Part shown: positions 9,978 through 20,553 of the stretch, piece after piece | How positions within the stretch are numbered: position 1 is the stretch's first letter | Layout: the number at the start of each line of letters is the position of its first letter | Origin: Entomortierella parvispora E1425 | Taxonomy: Eukaryota > Fungi > Mortierellomycota | Reading direction: 5' to 3' | NCBI GenBank assembly: GCA_020891255.1 | Contig: BQFW01000014.1 | Location: forward strand, 1,116,001-1,180,000 | DNA length: 64,000 nt | Translations under genes and position numbers: made by a program | Notes under the pieces: generated by a model | What the model was told of the DNA's origin: nothing | Database searches by the model: none | What the model saw: the letters and a program-made list of their open reading frames with translations, nothing else

Positions 9978-12900
9978 ATGGGTGTAGCTAATGCCTTTGC
10001 GCCTCTGAAAGACTGCAAGGCGATCAAAGTCATCGACCCCAAGTCCCTAGATGGGTGTCATATCGATGGATCTGCAGTCTCCTATATCAGACTCAAAAAT
10101 ACAGAAGGCCGTCTTCTCCTCAAAGCGTTCAAAAAGCAAGCGAAGGAAGTTACCGCAGCAAGCATCACGGCTTCCCCGTTGCCCCTGGGAGAATGGGATA
10201 AGGAAAACAAATTGTGGCACTTCCCATCTCCTGAACGGCCTGATGGCTCATTTTCCCAAGACGTATCCGTCAGCGTCCCCCAAAGGATATCCGCTCTTCA
10301 CATCTCAAGCCCATCTTCGACCTCAAACAACAACCCCTCCACAACAATCCCGGTTGTTCCACGACAGCCGCTTATTCAGCCCCCGTCATATTTTGGGCCA
10401 GCCTCTCCTGTGTCAGCTTCATTCCCACCAGTATCGCAGCCACTTCCAGACAACGTCCGCCACGAACTCAATAGAGCGCGCGACGAGATGTTGCCTGTTC
10501 TTGCCAGGTCCATGGACAAAATGTTTGACAACAACTACAGCAAGTCGTCCGACTATATCCATTACGATGGGACACCTACAGCTGAAAAGGCTTTTGCCCG
10601 TGAACGTCGGTTCAAAGCCAGCCTACCCGCATCTGTCAAAATGTCTGACATGCTCGCTTCGACCGAAAGACGGCTTTTACAGTTGGAATCGAAAACAAAT
10701 CTGTCCAACAGTCAGCTTCATCGGCTCAGGAAGTATCTTGGGTGCGTCGTGTTTCCACACTGGCTCAAGTGCCGTAGTGTTGACCCCCGAACAACCAAGA
10801 ATGTTGCCCGTGAACTCCATGACTCTCATGGATGGCGTTCGCACGTCTGCAACGGCCAGTTCGACATTTGCGCTGGAAAATTGGCCCGCGATGACCCAAA
10901 CCTCACGGTGGTGACCACTGACAGTGACCTCATGTTCATGGGGATTAAGGAGTTCGTTCGTTTCCAACCTAGAGGCACCCGGTTCTATTCCTACCCTGTC
11001 GAGGAAATGATTACATTTTGTGGACTTGAATCAAAAGAGCAGTGGGTCGCAGGCGCAGTCGTAAGTCTTAATGACTATGACCCAAGCGTCGGCCGGACGT
11101 CGTTCAATAGCGCCATCAAGGCAATGAAGGCCATCCGAGAGGATTTGCTTCGCGAGGACATTAATCCTACTGTTGAGGCGCATGTAGCTAAATTCTGCTC
11201 GAAGAAAAAGGATCATGTTGAGAATGTCCAGCAGTCCATCAGCAGCTTTGTGAATCTGCAAGAGACGTTTCTTCAACAAAACCAACAGGTCAACGACGTT
11301 CTCGACGACTCGATCCGCAGGATAGTTTTTCGTTTGGGAGTTTTGACGAGCCGGTAAGGGTGAAATTTCACGGAAGACGTTATCCTGTTGTTATAACTAC
11401 CAACCAATGTATTGATCATGACTTGTGCATTGCCACTTTACTGCCATCTTAGGTGTCGTCAGTCGCGCAGGCCCCAATCAGATGAAGGGTCGGCCATGCA
11501 CATGTTTAGCTTTTCGTCAGCCGCGTTGATTTCTCCTCAGCTCGATGCGGTAACGGATAATATCGTCAGCGTGCTGGCACTTTGTCCGCCAGAGCCCGAT
11601 GCTGGCTCAACCGTCGAACTGTTAACACCTCGTCCAGCCGCTACAAGCAGTGATCTCGATCCTGAAGTAAAGCTGAGAAAGAAGCTCCGTCGAGGGTAAG
11701 CCCAATGATTCTGCTGCTCGATGTTTGCACTGAAATACGACAGGCATTTGACCTTTTTTTTTACTCCTATCTTCTTCATGTCTTTATCTTTCTTTAAAAC
11801 ACAGCTATTGTCGGTACTCCTCTGGCCATAAATACTGCCCCAAGGCATTCTCTTCGGTCTACATAAATCCAAGCAAGAACACTGAGCCCATCGGCTGTAG
11901 GAACATGACCATTGGCCGACCTTCTTCCAGTTCTCAAATTCAAGATCATAGTGAAGAGGATGAAGGAGAGGAGGGCGAAGACAGTTTTCCAGCCGATGAG
12001 GATGTTCAGAGCGTCGAGTCTGTCCCTCAGGACAAAAAGTCCAAGGCTGCCAAGGAGAAAAAGTCCAAGGCCGAACAGAAGAAGATGAAGGCCGAGGAGA
12101 AAAAAGCAAGGGTTGCCGAAGAGAAAAAGGCGAAGGTCGAGGAGAAAAAGGCGAAGGCTGCCGAGGAGAAGAAAGCGAGGGCCGAGGAGAAAAAAAAATC
12201 TAGAAAGCGACCGAGCACGACGACCTACGCCCCATCCAAGAGGAGGTCCCGAGACGAGGAAATGAAGGGAAAAGGAGCTGCCGAGCAAAATGCGGATGTA
12301 AAGTCTCGGAAGAGAAATACCACCAATATCATTGGCGACATTGTCGGTGGCCATTTTCCACTAGTCGCGATGAGACCTGGCCGACTCGAGTCATGCCTCT
12401 CTCACAGTGTAAAAAACTCGTTTCCGTCGCTCAGCGAAGACGACCGCACAACATTGGTAAAGTACATGGTCACTGTCATAAGTACCATGGCCAAGGTCCA
12501 TTCCGATCTCCTACGTGAGGGTCTCCTGGCGACGGAGCTCTATATCGCGACTGTATTCAAGGAGTACCCGGCAATTGATGGCGACCAAGCGCTGAGCGAT
12601 GCAGAAGAGAGGAGGAGCCGGTTCAATAATCTCCTAAGCCCAGCGTATTGTGGCCCATTTTTTCAGCGACTTCTCCGTCGAATGATCTACTGGGGCTCTG
12701 ATGACTCTGGACTCGGCAAGACTATTTCAAAGACAACAACAGATGCTGATGATCTTTTCAAGAAGTACAAGAAGCTCACCGAAGCTCGAAGTGCAAAGCC
12801 GTTCTTACCTAATGACGGAGACATTTGTGACAAAGCATTCATCGAGCAATGTGCAAGAGGTCTCTCTGACATGATCGGGAGCCATGTATTCAAATTTACT

Positions 12901-15484
12901 TTGGAACTAAAGAAGAGGGTAAGTCCTTGCAACAAAAGCTATCCTATTCTTTGCGAGCTTCACCATGACTCTAACCACACCGAATTTTTAACTGCGCATT
13001 GTAATAGGTCATTCTCAACAACCCTACCTGGGCTTCCTCTGTCTGTGGAAAGGAACTGTTGAACTCGATCAACGACGACGGCAAGTCTGACAAACACGAT
13101 CGGCTTAGCATGCACTTGATTATGAACATGATGCTTCCTGCAGCAGCTCAGATCAAAACTCTGCCTGAAGTCGGGTTCGGCGACGGATTCTTCACGGTGA
13201 CTGAGCGTCAACTTATTAAATGTCTTCTGAAAGACTGCAGGTTGACCAACAATCGCAAAAAAGGCACAAGTGAGAAGGACCGACAAGCCCAGATTCTCAA
13301 CAGTATTTTTGGAGCAAAGACGTCAGCCGAAGCCAACACGCAGGACGAGGTCGGACGACTTTCCTTCTACCTTTTCCTCAACGGTCAGAATACCAGCTAT
13401 CGCCGTGGGGCAAACGTGCTCTGGGCCAACGATGACTTGAATGCCTCGTCCTCGTCGTCCTCGTCATCTCTGCCATCGAGCAGTACAAAATGTGCTCTGC
13501 AATCGCTACCCCTCCATTCGAGGATGCTCCTCGAGCAAAACGTTGTCGAACAGATTGAGGAAGTCTCGGCGAGACTGGATGATATGCCCGCTAGTGACTC
13601 TAGTTATCAAGCCACCAAGGATGAGCTCAGATCCATTGTACGTGACGGACTCCAGAGCCCTGAACTTTATCAAAGGCAGATCGACGATGCCAGCCCAGGG
13701 TCCAAGCGACAAAAATACATTCTGAGTGGCGATTTCTCAACGAATGGTTACGATCTGCGTGTCATGGCCTACAAACTGACCGAGAAAAAACGAGCTGCAA
13801 AGACAACAGCGTCGAATGTCGCGGCGGGGTCGTTCACTTCAAGTTCCGTCGGTCCGTCTCGGTTGGCTGTGGATGATCCATCCAGTACTGGGCCCATTCT
13901 CTCTACTTCCATCGAGATGGAATGGGAATCAAATCTCCCTCCAAGCCCCGAGAAGCAGACATCGAGTGAGCCACTGCCAGCACCTGCACTAGTATCAATA
14001 GTGGCGTCGGGTGCAGCTTTGCCTTGGTCAACTGCACCAGTTTTGAATGGATGCCCATACATCTATGATGAATTCAACACACAGGATACAATCGACAAGC
14101 TGCACGAAGGCACTGTAGGCCCGCAAATTGGCATCCGAGCTCTTTGTTTGGACCCAGGAGTCGCCTGCACAGCCACAGGCACATTGGTGCACTCCAACTT
14201 TGAACATGATGCCATCAACTTGGTCATTCCTCGCGGCCCCAGAGACACAATCAACAGACGGTACCGCAAGCATCAAAGTAATCTCAAGTCTGCAAAAGGG
14301 ATCCCAGACGTCGAGGCGAGGCTAATGTCGATGAAGCCGGTCCAGGTCGGGATGATTGCCCAGGGAGATCGGGACCAAATCATGGAGGATGTCCAAGAAA
14401 AAAACGAAGCACAGACGGGCCTAGCCATGGAAGACGTACAAACGAGCTCCGGCGATGAGTCATCGCAAAGAGAGACGGGCATGATGACCTTGACCGCAGC
14501 CATGATCCAGGCTGCCCAAGAGTTCGAATCAGCGGTGAAGACTCACATCGTGAGCCAAGCAAAAGAGTCGCCAATCCTTCGAAGTTATTACGGCAGTGTG
14601 GAATTCAAGAAAGACAGGTACCACTACCGCGAAGCTATTCGTCATGATCTCGACTCAGCCACCACTGCAGTTCTCAAGATGCGGCATTTTGTTCCCGATC
14701 GGCAGCCGACGGCGGATGATCTCCGGAGGATCATCAACACTGTGTTGGAGGACCCCGGGAAGGCCAAGAAGGATGTCGAGGCTCTACCAGGGGTCAAAAG
14801 CTACGACTGGATATCCTACCAGAATGCTATGAAAGACTCTGGCCAGCTCTCGGGTGATGAACTCCATGCTTTCTTGTCGTCGGACCCTGTCGTCAAAAGC
14901 CTGGAAAAGATGGCTAGATCATTGTTCAAAAGGGGCTATCTGAGTTTGAATCGTCTCTCGGACCACGATCGTAACGAGTTTCTAGCCTCGCCCTTCATTA
15001 TTGGTGTTGGAGATGGGGATTATCGACGGTGGAAGGGTCAGAGTCATGGATGTGGAAAATTCACAGAGAACTTGATCAGACAGGCAAGTGCTGGCAATCT
15101 ATGAGTGCGAGTGTGTGGGTAGAGTGTTGGTGAAGACAAGTTTCTAATATCTGGAATTTTATTTGGATGAAATAGAGGCGAGATCTGGCCAAGGACCTTG
15201 CCAGGAACAAGGAAAAGAGGCCCACTGTCATCAAACTTGTCAAGATGCCCGAGTTTCGGTCTTCGGTGTTTTGTTGCTCGTGCCACTTTCGCGTGAAAGA
15301 GGAGGGCCGATCGGTCATCTGTGACGAGTGCCACAAGAGCCGCGACCGGGACCACAATTCCGCCACGAATCTGTCGCATGCGGCCATACACTTTCTTCGT
15401 AAACGAGAGTGGCCTGCTCCTCTTGATTTTACAAAGGCGAAGCTTGCGGATCTCGCCGACCACGCCAACAACAACGATGCTTGA
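9978..15484 (+). CDS. ~1705-aa fusion protein: N-terminal FEN1/XPG-like PIN nuclease, Lys/Glu-rich linker, C-terminal Fanzor/TnpB-like RuvC and Zn finger. Exons 9978-11353, 11453-11695, 11805-12918, 13008-15083, 15176-15484.
   Basis: The exons join in frame (5118 nt). PIN motifs: MGV..., HIDGS, HYDGTP..K...RR, GQFD, TTDSDL, NDY. RuvC motifs: LCLDPG, IIGVGDG, MPEFRSSVFCCSC...CDEC...RDRDHNSATN. Confidence 0.85.
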
Positions 15485-15610
15485 AGAATGACTTCAAGCC
15501 ATATTTTTACGGTACGTCGCGCGTCGTATCATGTGATCTGTTAATTTGTTGACGGTTCGTTTTCACTGACTCTTGGACTGTTGGGAATAGGTGCCTGCCA
15601 CTGTACGTGA
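15479..15610 (+). ncRNA. Candidate Fanzor omegaRNA (scaffold up to the right end, guide in the flank)
   Basis: Sits between the Fanzor stop codon and the right inverted repeat. Perfect 8-bp hairpin GCTTGAAG-aatga-CTTCAAGC at 15479-15499. Boundaries are inferred, not observed. Confidence 0.45.
15579..15594 (-). repeat. Right terminal inverted repeat candidate
   Basis: tgttgggaataggtgc, 95 nt after the stop codon of the Fanzor-like gene. Confidence 0.7.
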
Positions 15611-15973
15611 GGCAAATAAAGAACGGAATTGCGCTTTGAGCTCCCAAGACGCCATTTCATCCAGCACTGAAACGCTAGACGCTGAAGCTGCGGCGCGTGT
15701 TTGGCTGTAGACACAGCATCGGCAGCATTGGCAGCATCGCTACTCAAGATACTAACTAGATCAATGCGCGGGAAAGAAAAGAAGCCCGCCCCGCTTCCAA
15801 GGGAGCCGGCCGTACGCCTTCCCCGCATTTGGGACACACGTCGTGTGACTCCACTCTGACAGCTGAGCAGACCCACTCCGTTTGGATACTCAGTCCTCGG
15901 TACATACGCCTCGTTCTTTCTTTTCTTTCTCACGACCCCACTTACCTTCCTCCATCCCTCTCATTGACTAAGC

Positions 15974-17545
15974 ATGACTGGACCACCTGTTACTGGAAGC
16001 CCTTGCATCATTGATTGCGATCCTGGCATTGATGACACCCTGGCCATTCTGCATGCCATGGGTTCCGACAAGGTCGACTTGAAGGCAATCACTCTGACCT
16101 ACGGTAACACCAACATTGACAATGTCACCAGGAATCTCTTTACCATCCTTCATGTCCTCGGTAAGGAAGTCTGTGCCGAAAGTCTTGCAGCCTACAAAGG
16201 CCCAGATCTGGAGAGACTTCACCGTATCAAAACCCTTAGACCCGTCATCGCTGTTGGTAAGTTGACTCTGTGTGTAGAATGTTCATTTTGTAGTACCTGC
16301 TGGCTGACTTGCCTCTTGTTTTCAAATAAAGGCGCCAGCGAGCCTCTTGCTCACAAGACAGTTTATGGTGAGGACTTTCATGGATCAGATGGTTTGGGTC
16401 ACCTTCACCTGGACGATCCTGACTTGGCTCCCACTGACTGGACCGAGATCCTGGGCTTGCTGGACCCCAAGAGAATGGGAAAGGAGTTGGATAGGGCTGC
16501 CGGAAAGTTGGACTCTGAGAAGCTGTATACTCTGTCCAAGAGAATGGCGCACGACGAGATTCTTCACCAGCTGGAGATGGCAGAAACCAACACCTTGACT
16601 TTGATCGCTGTTGGACCCCTCACAAACTTGGCTCTTGCCTACCGTCAGGACCCGATTACTTTTGCAAAGTGCAAGCAAGTCATTTGCATGGGAGGATGTA
16701 TCGATATTCCAGGGTAAGATTATTTTGTTTTGTTCCTATTCGGTGCATCTTATCTTACTTCATGGAAAGGATGTGATACTGACGACATGTTGATGGGTAT
16801 TCTCTTTTTTTTTTTTTACTTCTCGTAGAAATGTTACTCCCATGGCCGAGTTCAACTTCCACGCGTGCCCAACTTCTGTGCACGAGATTCTCCAGGCCAC
16901 AATGAACAAAGATCCTGCAAAGGCTATCAAGCTTTACATGCTACCCACAGATGGTAAGAGTAGTGGAAGAGATGAACATGCTCCTACTGCCTCTGCATTG
17001 CGATGGCATTCTTGGTGCTAATGAGCTGCTATATCCCTGTTATAGTCACCCAAACAGTGTCCATGGAGGCGAGCGTTCTCAAGGAATATATCACGCCGTT
17101 GCAGACCCCTCTCTCAAAATTCACGACAAAGCTCTTGGGCTTCTTGTTTGATCTGTTGAAGAGGAGACTTCATTACACGGCCATGAACCTGCACGATCCA
17201 CTTTGCATCGGATTCTTTATTGACTTGGAACACGAGGCCGACATTACCAAGGTTGGCTGGCAGGTGCAGGAACGGGATATCCGTATTGAGGTCGAGGGCA
17301 CACTGACCCGCGGTATGTTGGTGGTTGACCGCAGAAAGAAGAGCACAAAGTCTGCACCTGGATGTCCATCTCTGACGCACGCAGTGATGAAGGTAAGAAG
17401 GAATTGCGATTGCCGTGTTTGCAGTATAGCAAGGTGATAGCTAGGGCTAACCACAATTCATCGTGAACGATAATAGGCTGATAGTGATCGATACATGGCC
17501 AGCATGCTCAAAGACGTCTGGGGAGTGCAAAACTACATACAGTAG
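15974..17545 (+). CDS. URH1: Inosine/uridine-preferring nucleoside hydrolase (IUNH family), multi-exon
   Basis: IIDCDPGIDD (DxDxxxDD), FHGSDGLG, IAVGPLTNLALA, MGG, AEFNF, NLHDP. Confidence 0.88.
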
Positions 17546-17813
17546 GGTATGACTATAGAGTAGCTGTAATAAGCTATAGAAAGCAAAAAACAGAACAACA
17601 GACAACAGAAAAATGAACGTCACGTGCTGATCTCGGACATTGGACTGCGTCTGCAAACAACAAAAAATATTTTTTTTGCCCTCCCTCCAGAGAGAGGGAA
17701 GAGGCGCCCCTTCTGGGTGTGGGAGCCCTACAAGGAGGGGACGCAGCCCTTGCAGCACGGTTCCATCACCTCTTCTTTCATCCCCCTTCCCCCAATCCCG
17801 AGGACTCGCAATC

Positions 17814-20134
17814 ATGTCGGACCAACTCACCCGTATTGCTATCATCTCTTCGGACAAGTGCAAGCCAAAGAAGTGTCGCCAGGAGTGCAAGAAGTCTTGC
17901 CCCGTCGTCAAGATGGGTACGTTCCTCCCTCTTTCTTTTCTTTATTGGATTCAGGATCAGATTCATACACCTCTCCGCTGGACAATGGCCATGCATGCAC
18001 CGACATCCTATTCATCCGAGCCATGTCACCACTGCAGCCCCACTTGAACATTCTTTTTTCACCTTGCAACGCGCTCACCCTTCCCCCAATCATGCTCCCT
18101 GCTCTTTCTAGGCAAGATGTGTATTGAGGTGTCGCCCAACTCCAAGATTGCCTTCATCTCGGAGGATCTCTGCATTGGTTGCGGTATTTGCGTGAAGCGT
18201 TGCCCCTTTGGCGCTATCCACATTATCAACTTGCCCACCAACTTGGAGAAGGAGGTCACTCACCGTTACTCTGCCAACTCGTTCAAGTTGCATCGTCTTC
18301 CTGTCCCCAGACCCGGTCAGGTTTTGGGATTGGTCGGTACCAACGGTATCGGAAAGTCGACCGCGCTCAAGATCTTGGCAGGAAAGCTCAAGCCCAACTT
18401 GGGAAGATATGACGACCCCCCAGACTGGCAGGACATTCTGAAGCATTTCCGTGGATCAGAGCTTCAGAACTACTTTACAAAGATTCTCGAGGATCACTTG
18501 AAGGCTATCATCAAGCCTCAGTACGTCGATCACTTGCCCAAGGCCGTTTCAGGAAAGGTTGGCGATCTCTTGGAGGCCAAGCAGGAGCTTGACAACCGTC
18601 AGTTGATGATTGACAACCTCGGTAGGCACCCATATTATATTTTCACGATGGCCGCTTCAGGAGCGCGCCGTTAAATGGCACGTCATGTGCTCGCTACGTC
18701 TGAATGCATCTTATCTAACCTTGTTGTTTTTGCGCTCTAGACTTGAAGGAGATTTTGCAGCGTGAGGTTGGACAGTTGTCCGGAGGAGAGTTGCAGCGTT
18801 TCGCCATTTCGATCGTGTGCATCCAGAAGTCTGATATGTATGTACCGCAGGCCGGATCTGTTCAAAAATGCAAACTACGGACGACTGCGTCAAGAAATGA
18901 TCCACCATTGCTGACGACATTTGTATCTATTTTTCAACTGTTCTTAGCTACATGTTCGATGAGCCCTCATCGTACCTTGATGTCAAGCAGCGTTTGAACG
19001 CTGCCAAGACCATTCGCTCTTTGCTTAACCCCACCTGCTTCGTCATTGTCGTGGAGCACGATTTGTCAGTCTTGGATTACCTGTCAGATTTCATTTGCGT
19101 CCTTTACGGTGTCCCCTCCGTCTATGGTGTTGTCACTCTTCCTTTCTCTGTTCGTGAGGGTATCAACATTTTCTTGGATGGAAAGGTCCCTACTGAGAAC
19201 TTGCGTTTCCGTGAGGAATCTTTGACTTTCCGCATTGCCGAGACTGCTGATGAGCTTCAGGATATGCAGAACAACCGTCGTTACAAGTACCCCGAGATGT
19301 CCAAGACCATGGGTGACTTCAAGTTGAACGTCAAACCTGGTCAGTTCACTGACTCTGAGATCATTGTCATGTTGGGAGAGAACGGTACCGGAAAGACCAC
19401 CTTCATTCGTCTTTTGGCCGGTATCATCAAGCCCGATGGTGATAAGCACGTTCCCGAGCTTAGCGTTTCCTACAAGCCCCAAAAGATCGCTCCCAAGTTC
19501 CAGGTACGGGTTTTGTTTTTATAATGGACAACATGAACATTTAATTCTTGGAACTGCCATGTTAATTTCCTTTTTAATCTTTGTTTGGGTCAAATAGGGA
19601 ACTGTCCGCATGTTGTTCTTGAAGAAGATCAAGGCTGCCTTCATGCATCCCCAGTTCAACACCGATGTTCTCAAGCCTATGCAGACTGAGCCTATTATTG
19701 ATCAGGAGGTCGGCAACTTGTCCGGAGGAGAATTGCAGCGTGTTGCTATTTGCTTGGCCCTCGGAGCCCCCGCCGACATTTACCTGATTGATGAGCCTTC
19801 TGCCTACTTGGATTCCGAGCAGCGTATTATTGCTGCCAAGGTCATCAAGCGCTTCATTCTTCACGCCAAGAAGACTGCCTTCATCGTCGAGCACGATTTC
19901 ATTATGGCAACATACTTGGCTGATCGTGTAGTAGTGTATGACGGTCAACCCTCCGTGGAGGCCACTGCTGGTTCCCCCCAGAGCTTGTTGACTGGTATGA
20001 ACAAGTTCTTGTCCTCGCTCGAGATCACCTTCCGCAGAGATCCCACCAACTACCGTCCCAGAATCAACAAGATGGATTCCGTCAAGGATAAGGAGCAGAA
20101 GGCCAGCGGCAACTACTTCTTCTTGGAGGATTAG
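17814..20134 (+). CDS. RLI1: ABCE1/Rli1 ribosome recycling Fe-S ABC ATPase
   Basis: [15 protein letters not shown] and [13 protein letters not shown] Fe-S motifs; GTNGIGKST and GENGTGKT Walker A motifs; two LSGGELQR signatures. Confidence 0.97.
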
Positions 20135-20553
20135 ATCATGCCTGGAAATGGAAAAGCTGCTGGCTAATTTTTTGTGGAATTGGAACATGAAAAGGCCTTG
20201 GTTTCTGAACCTCTGGCCGTTCTGACCATCACAGCAGTGAAAGCCAGGACCGAGAAATAGAGGAAAGGAGATCGAAGGAAGGAAGGGCGAGGAGCATAGT
20301 TAGTGTTATCTGAAAAATATCATAAAACAAGCATCATTTTGTTATTACCAACACACCTGGGAGTCCAGAGTGAAGTGAAAGGACAATGGGCCACGACGCA
20401 GGTCAAGGAGCTGAAGAGCTCAAGGCAAAAAAAATGGTCACGTGAATTTTCACGTCACTTTCTCCTCCGAAAAACTTCGGAGAAGAGGAAAGCGTGAAAA
20501 ATATCAAGATTTGAAGATTTGCATCATCCACTCCACTTCATCACCACATCGCC

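Larger units (their letters stand above)
9434..15594 (+). mobile_element. Putative ~6.16 kb inverted-repeat-bounded DNA element carrying a PIN(FEN1-like)-Fanzor fusion gene
   Basis: Left GCACCTAGTCCCAACA (9434-9449) matches the reverse complement of right TGTTGGGAATAGGTGC (15579-15594) at 15/16. The pair brackets exactly one non-housekeeping TnpB-like gene. Confidence 0.7.

Noticed and set aside
9449-15579. Helitron or LTR interpretation of the element ends (A|T junction; CAACA/TGTTG)
   Set aside because: No 5' TC or 3' CTRR Helitron termini and no Rep/helicase. The TGTTG/CAACA motifs face the wrong way for LTR ends, and there are no direct repeats or reverse transcriptase.
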